Positions 1-12,440 of a DNA stretch of 64,000 bases are shown here, one piece after another. The translations under genes were made by a program, and so were the position numbers. Within the stretch, counting starts at the first letter, position 1. The number at the start of each line of letters is the position of its first letter. The stretch lies in assembly GCF_001194135.2 (NCBI RefSeq), contig NC_068982.1, forward strand, positions 51,332,305-51,396,304. The letters are read 5' to 3'. The DNA comes from Octopus bimaculoides (taxonomy: Eukaryota). The notes under the pieces are model-generated. The model ran no database searches and was not told where the DNA came from. It worked only from the letters and a program-made list of their open reading frames with translations.

Positions 1-84
1 TGTTACACTAGTGTTATACCAAGTGCAATAAGTGGGTGCAGGTAGTATATATATATATGTGTGCTTATATGCATATACACACAT

Positions 85-131
<47 letters not shown>
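85..131. repeat. (CA)n microsatellite; other dinucleotide/tetranucleotide tracts at 413-477, 6161-6260, 25697-25741, 40125-40200, 46901-46950 and 50767-50977
   Basis: Read directly from the sequence. Confidence 0.95.
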
Positions 132-133
<2 letters not shown>

Positions 134-147
134 ATGCAACCAGTGCA

Positions 148-351
148 TTAGGAAACGCCTACGTTGCTAGAGATAAGACCTAAACCACCCTAATGCTGTA
201 GTTAAAGCACATGAATGAAAACATATACACTAAAAGGGACCATAATCATCCAAAAAGTGCCAATTGAGAATTCTTAACACAGACACATGTACTTTAACAA
301 CAGCATTAGAGTGACTTAGCTCTTATTCCTAGCAACGTAGGTGTTTCCTAA
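148..351. repeat. Small fold-back MITE with about 66-bp arms (148-213 and 286-351)
   Basis: ttaggaaacgcctacgttgctag...cctaatgctgtagttaaagcacatg versus catgtactttaacaacagcattag...ctagcaacgtaggtgtttcctaa. Confidence 0.85.
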
Positions 352-413
352 CATCCTAGTCACATTTAGTAACATTTGTAATTCTCCTCTTTGGTGCTGT
401 TTATATTAATTTT

Positions 414-466
<53 letters not shown>

Positions 467-939
467 AGTGTGTGTGTACATATACACGTATACAAATGTA
501 TATCTGTGTGTGTTTGTATACATTTGTATCCTGCCTAGCCTACATTTGCTGTCACCCCCCCTATACCTGTTGATCACCATCTGTCTTTCACCCATTTCCT
601 CATTCACTTCAGTCATCTCATCCCTCTATCACTCATATGCCTCCTTCTCTTATTTCTTCACAGCCTTGCAAACTGTGAACGACTGCCTTTCATATCACCC
701 TCCATCATTCTACCTTTCACCATTCTTCACTAGGTCTGTGTAGGAAAGGCTGTACTGGTCTATCCTCATTATTTTATCTGTGTCCACCTTCCCTCTTCTA
801 TACATCTCTCCATTCCAGTTAAAAACCACCCTATCATTTACATCTCCCCACTCACCACATGTAATGGTTGCTCACTCACTGCCATCTGTCACTCCCTTTC
901 TGTCAAAAACCCCATTTGAATTCTTTCCAACGTCATCTA

Positions 940-2102
940 CAGTCGTGGCCAAAAGTTTGCAACATAGGTCTGAAAATTAGAATTTTTATATTTAAATGCC
1001 CAAAGTTATATTTAATTTGCTAGTGGCTGTGTGGTAAGTAGCTTGCTTACCAACCACATTGTTCCGGGTTCATTCCCACTGTGTGGCACCTTGGGCAAGT
1101 GTCTTCTACTATAGCCTCGGGCCGACCAAAGCCTTGTGAGCGGATATGGTAGACGGAAACTGAAAGAAGCCGATCATATATATATNNNNNNNNNNNNNNN
1201 NNNNNNNNNNNNNNNNNNNNNNNNNNNNNNNNNNNNNNNNNNNNNNNNNNNNNNNNNNNNNNNNNNNNNNNNNNNNNNNNNNNNNNNNNNNNNNNNNNNN
1301 NNNNNNNNNNNNNNNNNNNNNNNNNNNNNNNNNNNNNNNNNNNNNNNNNNNNNNNNNNNNNNNNNNNNNNNNNNNNNNNNNNNNNNNNNNNNNNNNNNNN
1401 NNNNNNNNNNNNNNNNNNNNNNNNNNNNNNNNNNNNNNNNNNNNNNNNNNNNNNNNNNNNNNNNNNNNNNNNNNNNNNNNNNNNNNNNNNNNNNNNNNNN
1501 NNNNNNNNNNNNNNNNNNNNNNNNNNNNNNNNNNNNNNNNNNNNNNNNNNNNNNNNNNNNNNNNNNNNNNNNNNNNNNNNNNNNNNNNNNNNNNNNNNNN
1601 NNNNNNNNNNNNNNNNNNNNNNNNNNNNNNNNNNNNNNNNNNNNNNNNNNNNNNNNNNNNNNNNNNNNNNNNNNNNNNNNNNNNNNNNNNNNNNNNNNNN
1701 NNNNNNNNNNNNNNNNNNNNNNNNNNNNNNNNNNNNNNNNNNNNNNNNNNNNNNNNNNNNNNNNNNNNNNNNNNNNNNNNNNNNNNNNNNNNNNNNNNNN
1801 NNNNNNNNNNNNNNNNNNNNNNNNNNNNNNNNNNNNNNNNNNNNNNNNNNNNNNNNNNNNNNNNNNNNNNNNNNNNNNNNNNNNNNNNNNNNNNNNNNNN
1901 NNNNNNNNNNNNNNNNNNNNNNNNNNNNNNNNNNNNNNNNNNNNNNNNNNNNNNNNNNNNNNNNNNNNNNNNNNNNNNNNNNNNNNNNNNNNNNNNNNNN
2001 NNNNNNNNNNNNNNNNNNNNNNNNNNNNNNNNNNNNNTCTAAATTTGGCAGAGTTTCTACAGCTGGATGCCCTTCCTAATGCCAACCACTCAGAGAGTGT
2101 AG

Positions 2103-2137
<35 letters not shown>

Positions 2138-2493
2138 GTGTGTGTCTGTGTTTGTCCTGCCAACATTGCTTGACAACCGATGCTGGTGTGTTTACGTCCC
2201 CGTAACTTAGCGGTTTGGCAAAAGAGACCGATAGAATAATTACTAGGCTTACAAAGAATAAGTCCTGGGATCGATTTGCTCGACTAAAGGCAGTGCTCCA
2301 GCATGGCCACAATCAAATGACTGAAACAAGTAAAAGAGTAAAGAGGGTATATATTATTGCTTGGCCAATATAGGTCTGAAAATTAGAATTTTTATATGCC
2401 CAAATACGTACGTTGTATATATTTGAACTTAATTGTACTTGGGCATAACAATTTTAATTTTTTTTAAATGTTCCAAACTTTTGGCCACAACTG
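940..2493. mobile_element. Tc1-type MITE termini enclosing the family A SINE
   Basis: TA|CAGTCGTGGCCAAAAGTTTG at 940 and CAAACTTTTGGCCACAACTG|TA ending at 2493. Confidence 0.8.
1022..2346 (+). mobile_element. SINE family A copy (tRNA-like head, internal TA/TG microsatellite, gaaacaagtaaaagag tail) spanning a gap
   Basis: Head tggctgtgtggtaag...ggttcattcccactg has pol III A/B boxes. The 3' half 2140-2346 is shared with the copies at 4646, 5423, 40020 and 62128. An antisense RTE-tail piece sits at 2039-2100. Confidence 0.85.
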
Positions 2494-3005
2494 TATTTTT
2501 GCTCTTTCATATTCCCTTTCCCTCAAACCTTCTACCCTTGCTTATCCTTACTACATGGGATAGCCCTAACCGCCTCTATGCAACCTGCCTTATGCTCTGT
2601 CCCTTCCTTTCTCACTAACTATTAACACCAATCCTTTTCTTTACTCTGTACCTTCCATTCCATACTCCCTCCTCCAAAGCATTTACTGTTATCCCCCACT
2701 ATCATCCTCTCGCAACTTTAAACCTGTTCCCCTCGTTATACTTCAGTCCTCTCACACCTTGCTTAAAATCATCATCATCATCATTATTACACACATACAC
2801 ACACTTTCTCCCTCTCCCCCTCTCTCTCTCCTATTCTCCTTTGCAAGTTGCAAGGCAACCTCAGTAGTGCTGGCGCCATAGAAAAAGCTCTCAGTACACT
2901 CTGTAAAATGTTTTGAAGAGAACTCTGGAACACACCATGTCTCTGTGATTCATCAGATCCTGTTGTACTCATTCAACCCATGTCAGCTTGGAGAGCAGGC
3001 ATTAA

Positions 3006-3164
<159 letters not shown>

Positions 3165-3774
3165 TAATGTGTTGGTTCATAAATAATGACCAATTTTATA
3201 ATTCTAAATTTTAAATAAAACTTGCAAATTAAATTATAAAACAATCGTTAAGTATGCACCATCCCAATATATATCATCATCATCATCAACATCATCATTT
3301 AACGTCTACCTTCCATGCTGGCATGGACTGGACGATTTGACTGAGGACTGGCAAGCCAGGATGCTGCACCAGGCTCCAATCTGATCTGGCAAGATTCCTA
3401 CAACTGGATGCCCTTCCTAACACCAACCAATCCTAGAGTGTAGTGAGTATATTTCCGTTGGATCTACTTCAGGAATTTCACAGTGTTAGTTGAGATAATA
3501 ATCAATTAAGGAAACAGAAGATGGATTTGGTTTTAGTCTTTATTTCATACAACAATCATTTCAACCCATCCTTCATTCAACCCATCGATCATTTCAACCC
3601 ATCTTTTATGGGTGGGATGTTGTGCATCATCTTGTATTGCATCAATTTTGCAGTCTGGGTCACATCAGGTATATGCATTCATAAAGTGGTGTCCTACTAA
3701 AAATATTGAGTCCAGGCAGTCATGTTAGTATTTGACTGCTTCGTTAGGGAATGGGGACAACTTTTTTTGCTTTG

Positions 3775-4075
3775 TAAGCGAAAACACCTAAAGCTCCACA
3801 AGGCTCTGGCAGGGGATGGTGGCGAACCCTGCTGTACTCTTCCACCACAACTTTCTCTCACTCTTACTTCCTGTTTCTGTTGTGCCTGTAATTCAAAGGG
3901 TCAGCCTTGTCACACTGTGTCACGCTGAATATCCCCGAGAACTACAATAAGGGTACACGTGTCTGTGGAGTGCTCAGCCACTTGCACGTTAATTTCATGA
4001 GCAGGCTGTTCCATTGATCAGATCAATTGGAACCCTCAACGTCGTAAGCGACGGAGTGCCAACAACAACAACAAC
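3775..4075 (+). mobile_element. 5'-truncated copy of the tRNA(Arg)-derived SINE with (CAA)n tail
   Basis: Matches the body and tail of 30355-30744 and lacks the tRNA head. Confidence 0.9.
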
Positions 4076-4170
4076 CCCAGGGAAAGTTGAGCTTTGCAGC
4101 ATTAGAACTCAAAACAGAAAGACTAGGATGGAATACTTGCTAAGCATTTTGTCCAATGCACTAACAAATG

Positions 4171-4365
4171 AATAATAATCCTTTATACTATAGGCACAAG
4201 ATTTGAAATTTGGGAGAGGGGGATAAGTCAATTACATCGACTCCAGTACTCAACTGGTATTTACTTTATTGACCCTGAAAGGATGAAAGGCAAAGCTGAC
4301 CTCAGTGGAATTTGAACTCAAAACGTGAGGACAGATGAAATGCCACTAAGCATTTCGCTCAGCAT
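4171..4365 (-). mobile_element. SINE family B copy
   Basis: aataataatcctttatactataggcacaag...ggatgaaaggcaaagctgacctcagtggaatttgaactc. Other dispersed copies at 15175-15390 (-), 15575-15730 (-), 18910-19100 (-), 24808-25011 (-), 13692-13888 (+) and 17900-18110 (+). Confidence 0.8.
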
Positions 4366-4645
4366 TGCCCACACAATTGAATAATAATGATGAGAAACAG
4401 AGCTGTTTGCTTTCTGAATATAACAACAAAAAAGATAAAATGTAGTTATTCTTCAATGTAACCACATTTGAAAAGTAAATACTATATTTGACATAGCATA
4501 ACATAATAAATGTGTGTGTATGTGAGTTTGACATTAATGTGTATTAATGTCAGGCTCACATGATGCAGCATAAGTGCATCATAGACATTTTCAGTGTACC
4601 ATGTGCATCTGTAAAAGTGTAAAAAAAAGGACACATTATGCAATA

Positions 4646-4982
4646 TCTTTTATCATTTACTTGCTTCAGCCATTAGTCTGTGGCCATCCTGCAGCACCAC
4701 CTTGAAGAATTTTAGTTGAACGAATCAGGTCCACTATTTAATTTTTTTTAAGCCTGGTACTTATTCTATCAGGCACTTTTGCTGAACTGCTATGTTATGG
4801 GATCGTAAACACACCAACACTAGTTGTGAAGCAATGGTGAGGAACAAATACAGACACAAAGACACACACCCGTAAATATATATGCATATATAGGATAGGC
4901 TTCTTTTGGTTTCTTTCTACCAAATCTACTGACAGGACTTTGGTTGGTCCAAGCCTATAGTAGAAGAAACTTGCCCAAGGTG
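4646..4982 (-). mobile_element. SINE family A copy
   Basis: Reverse complement of the family A body and tail. Confidence 0.8.
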
Positions 4983-5422
4983 ATTATATGTATGTGTTAT
5001 CATGTACATATTCATTCTGATGGATTTTGGGGTAGTAGTAGTTCCGTTGTCAGAATGACAATCCTTTGTTGTTAACCCTTATTCCATCCTCTCTTCCATT
5101 TCCTCCCTATTTTCTCTTTCTGTCTTCCTCTCGTCTATTTATTTTTAATTATCTATCTAGTCCTAAATAAAGAAATAAATTAGTTGTGACACTGTCCAAT
5201 GATTGATTTATGATCCATTGACCTCTGACATCTTAGCCAGTTAAGTCTAGTTAACTCTTGATGTGTTTTCACTGTTTTCAATGATGCCTAACTGAGAGGG
5301 TTAATCTTGTATTTTTTTTCTCCAAACTAAATTTTTAATCATCTGAAGTTTTACCATCAATAAAAATTGCATCTGAAACAGTTGTAGTGAACCTTTAACC
5401 CATTTGTATTCTTATTTTATGT

Positions 5423-5579
5423 AGGAGTGGCTGTGTGGTATGTAGCTTGCTTACCAACCACATGGTTCCGGGTTCAGTCCCACTGCGCGGCATCTTGGGC
5501 AAGTGTCTTCTACTATAGCCTCAGGCTGACCAAAGCCTTGTGAGTTGATTTGGTAGATGGAAACTGTAAGAAGCCCATC

Positions 5580-5614
<35 letters not shown>

Positions 5615-5749
5615 AATATATTTATATATATGTACATGCCTGTGTGTGTGTATGTTTGTGTGTCTGTGTTTGTCCTTCGAACATCACTTGACAACCGATG
5701 CTGGTGTGTTTACGTCCCCATAACTTAGTGGTTTGGCAAAAGAGACCGG
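5423..5749 (+). mobile_element. SINE family A copy, truncated by an assembly gap
   Basis: Near-identical to 1022-1185 plus 2140-2230. Confidence 0.85.
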
Positions 5750-6160
5750 NNNNNNNNNNNNNNNNNNNNNNNNNNNNNNNNNNNNNNNNNNNNNNNNNNN
5801 NNNNNNNNNNNNNNNNNNNNNNNNNNNNNNNNNNNNNNNNNNNNNNNNNNNNNNNNNNNNNNNNNNNNNNNNNNNNNNNNNNNNNNNNNNNNNNNNNNNN
5901 NNNNNNNNNNNNNNNNNNNNNNNNNNNNNNNNNNNNNNNNNNNNNNNNNNNNNNNNNNNNNNNNNNNNNNNNNNNNNNNNNNNNNNNNNNNNNNNNNNNN
6001 NNNNNNNNNNNNNNNNNNNNNNNNNNNNNNNNNNNNNNNNNNNNNNNNNNNNNNNNNNNNNNNNNNNNNNNNNNNNNNNNNNNNNNNNNNNNNNNNNNNN
6101 NNNNNNNNNNNNNNNNNNNNNNNNNNNNNNNNNNNNNNNNNNNNNNNNNNNNNNNNNNNN

Positions 6161-6208
<48 letters not shown>

Positions 6209-6507
6209 ATGTATGTATGTATGTATGTATGTATGTATGTTTGTATGTATGTATGCATATGTGTGTGTATGGATTTGTGTCTGTGTGTATATATATTACA
6301 CACACACACATATATATATAAAACTTGCCATTTGATTTATGAATTCAAGAATGTTTGACAAAAACTGTTGAAGATAAACAGGGTGCAATAAATTACTTTG
6401 ACAAAAGCACAAAATGACATAAACAAATGTGAAATGGGTTTACCGAGATTTTTCACTTTTTCAATTCCTAGCATGCTACAAAATTATTTTAAAACAACGA
6501 AAATAAC

Positions 6508-6896
6508 GATTGTTTGCCAACATAACAAGGCAGTCCTGGTTTAGGACTAATGTTGCTATAATTTAGCCCCAGGAGACATCGTCTCCAGCTGGCTATACGA
6601 CAAGATCTGTGTCCTTATATTTTTTTCAAACAAGGGAATCTAGCACCCCCACTCAGCTCAAAACAATATCTGTGTATCGCGATTTTTTTTGCTTAGACTA
6701 TTATAACTTCGCGACACACAGATATTGTTTTGAGCTGAGTGGGGGTGCTAGATTCCCTTGTTTGAAAGAAAAAGAAAAAAAATATATAAGGACACAGATC
6801 GTGTCGTATAGCCAGCTGGAGACGATGTCTCCTGGGACTAAATTACAGCAACATTAGTCCTAAACCAGGACTGCCGTGTTATGTTGGCAAACAATC
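6508..6896. repeat. Fold-back element: arms of about 175-188 bp, near-perfect, with a 26-nt loop (6683-6708)
   Basis: 6508-6682 is the reverse complement of 6709-6896 apart from a few substitutions and an A/T-run indel. Confidence 0.95.
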
Positions 6897-8030
6897 TTTA
6901 CTACAAAGTACTGTTGCTGAATATCTCATGTTGTGAGATTTAAAAATAGTAATTTTCTAACAAAAATAACATCATCAGTAAGAATATCAATAAACAGTTA
7001 CAAAATGGTCAAAGTTATAAAGGTCTAAGCAAAAAAAAATGAAGTAAAAAAAATGTCCGTCCTTCTCCGCTGTTGTTATGAATATAAACACTGACAATAG
7101 CGGTTTCCACACTCATCATCATCAAAGGTCAACTAGATGGGAATGGAAACTTCCTTTAATTAGCAAATGTGTATTGAACAGCTGCTAATCCTTTTATTCT
7201 GTCAGAGGTTGGGAAACTTTTTAAACCAATTACCCCAAAATATATTTATTTACGCCAACGTTACCTCCTTGATTTGAAAGGAAGAAACTCATAGGTTCTT
7301 TGGATTCAAAAGGTTTATTGAATCTATTTTATTGACTCTGTTTATATGAATCCATTTACATGTTCATTACATTGGACAGATGCAGTGTTACCGAAAAAAA
7401 AAAAAAAGAATTTCTGTTGTAACAAGGAACATGTTTTTTTATAATTTTATTGATGTCTAATGAGTCCTCATTATCCCCAAGAATTTCATTTTTACACCAC
7501 TTTACCCTGGTTCACCGACTACTGTTCCATGTTGATTCAGATGCTTTGAAATATGTTAATAGTTGGAAAATCTGGAAGTTTGTTACCTGGTAAAATGTTT
7601 AATTATCAAGCACAGGGTAATTAAATAACTTGTTATGCCTTAATGGCACTACAGTTGTGACTTGAATTGAATTGCTTAATGTATTTAGTTGGATTTTTTT
7701 TAAACTCCAGTGTTTCAATTACATTGTGTCAATCCTTGCATTATTGCATAATGTAATTACCTTATCATTTACCCAATCAAATAAAAACACATTTTACTAA
7801 GGAGCCATGAGGAAGCCTCTACATTTGAACTGTTCGATATAGCAGCTAAATCTCCCTCCTATCACACCCTAAACAACTTGAATAAGGGATATCATTACAT
7901 AATGTAATCCTAAATACAGTATATATGGGAAGAAAATTATTACACTGGATTATAGGCCTTAGTTGAGGTGAAACTAACATTTTAATTTCATGGATTCTTC
8001 CTAAATCTGCTGAAATTCTACTTCATTTTG

Positions 8031-8032
8031 TC

Positions 8033-8091
<59 letters not shown>

Positions 8092-8575
8092 TCTTTCTAC
8101 TATAGGCACAAGTTCATTGACCCAGAAAGGAAGAAAGACAAGCTCGACCTTGGTGAAATTTGAACTCAGAACATAAAGAACTGGACAAAATGTCACAAAG
8201 CGTTTTGTCAGCATGCTAACGAATCTGCCAGCTTGTCATCATCATTGACATTTAACATCTGTTTTCCATCCCGGCATGGGTTGAATCCTTTCTTCTATAG
8301 GCACAAGTCCTGAAATGTGGGGAAAGAGGCTAGGTGATTACATGAATCCCAGTGCTCAGCTGGTACTTATTCTATTGACTCTGAAAGGATGAAAGGCAAA
8401 GTCAACCTTGGTGGAATTTGGAACATATTTGGTCTGATGAGGTAATGATTTTACCAGCTTGCCACCTTAACAAAACTGATCTCAGTGGAATTTGAAATCA
8501 GAATATGAAGATCTGGAAGAAATACTGCAAAGCATTTTCTGCTGTTCTATCAATTCTGCCAGTTCACCGCCTTTT
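8031..8575 (-). mobile_element. Three further family B copies or fragments; the first has a (TAA)~16 tail
   Basis: Matches to family B at 8031-8237, 8283-8468 and 8475-8575. Confidence 0.8.
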
Positions 8576-9220
8576 AACCTTTTGCATCAGACAGAATTTG
8601 TTCAGATGAAAATGTGTTGAAGCATGATTTTTCTATGATTGGATATCCTTCCTCTCACCAACTCTCACTTGTTTCCAAGCAAGGTTATAAATTTCCCATG
8701 GCCAGATATGATTTTAACAGAAGACTGGAAAAAAAAGGACACTGCTTGTGTGATAGTAATTCTTGTTTACAACCATTGCCCAATGTCAAGAAAAGGAGAC
8801 ATATTTAAAATTTCAATAGTCAATTTCTGACAAAAAATTGATCTATAAGCACTGAAGGTATGTGGATCATCATTATGTTTCAATTAATAGTTTCACTTAC
8901 CTATAAATAACAACTGATTCACACACATTTTGTTTCTCTCTCTCTCGTTCTCTCAATCACACTCAGATATGCATATGAAAACACTAGGTACCCATACTAG
9001 AGGCATGTAAAAGGCACCTGTGCCCGTGACACATAAAAGGCACCCATGCCAGTGACAGACATGTAAAAGACATCCAGTACACTCTATGGAGTGGTTAACA
9101 TTAGGAAGGGCATCAGCCATAAAAACCAAGCAGAAACAGACTGAAGTCTGGTGCAGCTCTCTGGCTTACCAGTTCCAAGCAAACCATCTAACCTATGCCA
9201 GCATGGAAAACGGATGCTAA

Positions 9221-9254
<34 letters not shown>

Positions 9255-9692
9255 CTACATCCACTAGCATTCATAGCTTTTATTTCTAGGCTGGCATTGC
9301 TACACTTGATATCAAGAAATACGTTGCCAGCAAAGCTGAAAAACAAGCACATATTTAATGAAAAATGTCCATCATATAGATATCAATGAATACAAAGATT
9401 AAACTGAAAAATAAGTTCCACTATCTTACAGTTGTTCTTAAAAGTGTTTACTCACATACACTGGTAAATATCTTCATATATATGATAGAATCAGTAGAAA
9501 AGCTGTCAAAGGGCTTAGTATCTATGCTGAACTAGATCAGATTTAGCCTAATCAGAGACACCAAAGTGAAATGGGGTGTTATACAAAATAGCCCAAACCA
9601 TGAATTATCCATTACTTTGCTTGTTATTGATTGGATTCTCCTTCTCTAGATAATTTAAGAAATAATACAAAGAATTTGCAAGATTGCTAAAA

Positions 9693-11215
9693 AATAATAA
9701 TAATAATAATGATGATGATGATAATGATGGTTTCAAATTTTGGCCCAAGGCCTGAAATTTCAGGGAAGCAGGTAAGTCGATTACATCAACTTCAGTGTTC
9801 AGCTGATATTTATTTTATCGATCCCAAAAGAATGTAATGCAAAGTCAACCTCAGTAGAATTTGAACTCAGAACGTAAAAATGGATGAAATGCTGCTATTT
9901 TGCCTGGCATGTTAACAACTCTGCCAGCTCGCTGCCTGAAAAACAGTTTCTATTACTGGTTTCAAATTTTTGGCATAAGGCCAGCAATTTCGGGGGTAGG
10001 ATTAAGTTGGTTACATTGACCCCAGTATTCAACTGGTACTTATTTTATCAATCCTGAAAGGATGAAAGACAAAGTTGACTTTGGCAGAATGTAAGGGCAG
10101 ATGAAATGCCAAGAAGCATTTTGCCCAGTGTGCTGATGATTCTGCCAGCTTGCCACCTTAATAATAATAATAATAATCCTTTCTACTGGAGGCACAAGAC
10201 CACGAATTTGGTGGGAGGGGACTAGTCAATTACATCGACCCCCAGTCTTTCACTGGTACTTAATTTATCGACCCTGAAAGGATGAAAGGCAAAATCGAGC
10301 TCGGCAGAATTTAATAATAATAATGATGATAATAATAATACTTTCTACTATACGCCAACAGCCTGCAATTTTGAGAGTAGGAGGGTTGAACAATTACATT
10401 GACCCCAGTGCTTAACTGGTACTTATTTCATTGGCTCCAAAAGAATGAAAGGCAAAGTCAACCTCAATGGAGTCTGAACTCAGAATGTAAAGCCAGAAGA
10501 AATGCCACAATAATGATTCTGTCAGCTCACTTCCATAATAATAATAACTGTTTCAAATTTTGGCACAAATACAGCAATTATGAGAAGAGGAGGCATGTTG
10601 ATTACATCAAGTCCAATACTTAAATGACATTTTATTGACCCTGAAAAGATGAAAAGCAGAGTTGACCTCAGTGGTATTTGGACACATAAGTCTTAACAGT
10701 CTTAGTTCAAATACTTTAAGAAATGCTGCTAAACATTTTGCCCAATGTGCTAACAATTTTGCCAGCTCAGTCTTTGATTTCTAATTTAGGCACATGGCCA
10801 TCGATTATGAGGAGAGGTAAATTAATTATGACTCCCCGCCCCCCCACAGCACTTGACAGATAACTTAATTCATCAACCCTGGAGAAATGAAAGGCAAAGT
10901 TGGCTCTGACAGTATTTGAACTCAGGATGTCATTAGTTGGAAGAAATATCATTAAAAGCATTTTTGTCTGACATTCTAATGATTCTATTAATTCACTACC
11001 TTAATAAATGTTTCTAACAAAGGCATAAGGCCTGAAGTTTGGAGGAGGGGGTTTAGCTGATACCATCATGCCACTATTTGACTGGTACTTTATTTTATAA
11101 ATTCCAACAGGATGAAAGACACAGTTGACAGTGGTGGTGTTTGAACTCAGAATATAAAGTGTCAGAACAACTACTGCAAGACATTTATTCTGATACTCTA
11201 ATGATTCTACCATTT
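9693..11215 (-). mobile_element. Array of seven head-to-tail SINE family B copies (tRNA-like head aggcggcgagctggcagaatc, central gtcgactttgcctttcatcctttcggggtcgataa block, (ATT)n tail)
   Basis: Units start (tail side) near 9693, 9950, 10160, 10313, 10536, 10775 and 11002. All share one orientation, and divergence and truncation differ between units. Confidence 0.85.
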
Positions 11216-11523
11216 TGATGTTCTCAAAAATATTAATTTCTGTTTCTTCTGTTTTCCCAAAGCTCTCACCCACCTCTCCTACTCTCATGCTACCCACATT
11301 AGGTTCTCTATTGAATCCTTCTTTTTTACAGCTGCCTCTATCTTGTCCCTGTAACTGTTTTTCTTTTCATTATTATTATCTCTTTTCTTGGCTGTGTTAT
11401 TTCCTAACAATTAATGTGGAATAATTGTAACTAAAGCTGTAACAGCATTAATCTCATATAGTTAGTATTTTTGATGAAGTTGTCAGAAACATTTTGTTCA
11501 ACACAGTGTATTTGATTCTGTAA

Positions 11524-11744
11524 CCCTTTAGCATTTAAACCAACCATATCAGGTCCAAATATTTTATCTATTGCATGTTGAAAACAGCCAGAAATGATAT
11601 CTCACACCTACCCTACAATGTCATTCTAAAAGTGCAACAATAAAGTTATTGAACTCTCAAAATTATGAGATAATGCATAATTAATTTAAAACAATGTGAA
11701 TAAATAAACTCTACATTTGACAGAAAAATCTGAATGCTAAAGGG
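11524..11744. mobile_element. piggyBac-like MITE
   Basis: (g)TAA|CCCTTTAGCATT...AATGCTAAAGGG|TTAA. Confidence 0.85.
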
Positions 11745-12029
11745 TTAAATCAGGTTTCTTTCTTTACACTGGACAAAAATCTGCTCTACTGACATTTTTT
11801 AAAATTTGGTGTGGTTTCCTCAGGTACTAAATCATTAACATTTAGATAAAACGATTTGAAATATCAGTGTGTGCATAATTAATGTATGTAGATTAAACAA
11901 GGTAGGAGTAAAGAACATCATCATCTAACACCAGTTCTAATAGAGGACAGAAAAATTTCCCCCATAGAATATCTGTCTTGTCATATCGTTACGAAGAACT
12001 TTGACAAGTGAGGCTGACATCCCAAACAT

Positions 12030-12440
12030 TCAGTAACCTTTTACGGTGTCATATGGCACTATATGGAATTGCTCTGAATTGAAAGCCTTGACAAGATCCT
12101 ATAAAATTGTGTATGAAGAACAATGTTGTTCCAGACATTGTTCTTCAATCTGTCATAAGAGAAAGATATTGGCATTTCACAATTAAGTATAAGCCAATAT
12201 TGGATCTTTGGAAGAATCTGTTCTGCAATGGAAATCAGTATATCAAAAAAAAAAAAAAAAAATTGTGAAATTTCTTCCAGCAAGGAAGAGAGGAGAGATA
12301 CCTTGATAGTTTTCACACTGTGCATTCATTTTTTGTATATTGTAATGATAGAGTTTTAGAAATCTGCAAGAATTTCATGTTTACACATATGGAAATGATA
12401 CATTTAAGTAAAATATTGCCATCCTTCCAGTATAGCATCT
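12030..12440 (+). mobile_element. Possible highly decayed Penelope-like RT remnant
   Basis: Scattered motifs in the expected order: IKLCMKNN, ERYLDSF (RYLDD-like), FMFTHME...ILPSF (KFTxE...LPFLD-like), in different frames. Weak. Confidence 0.3.
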
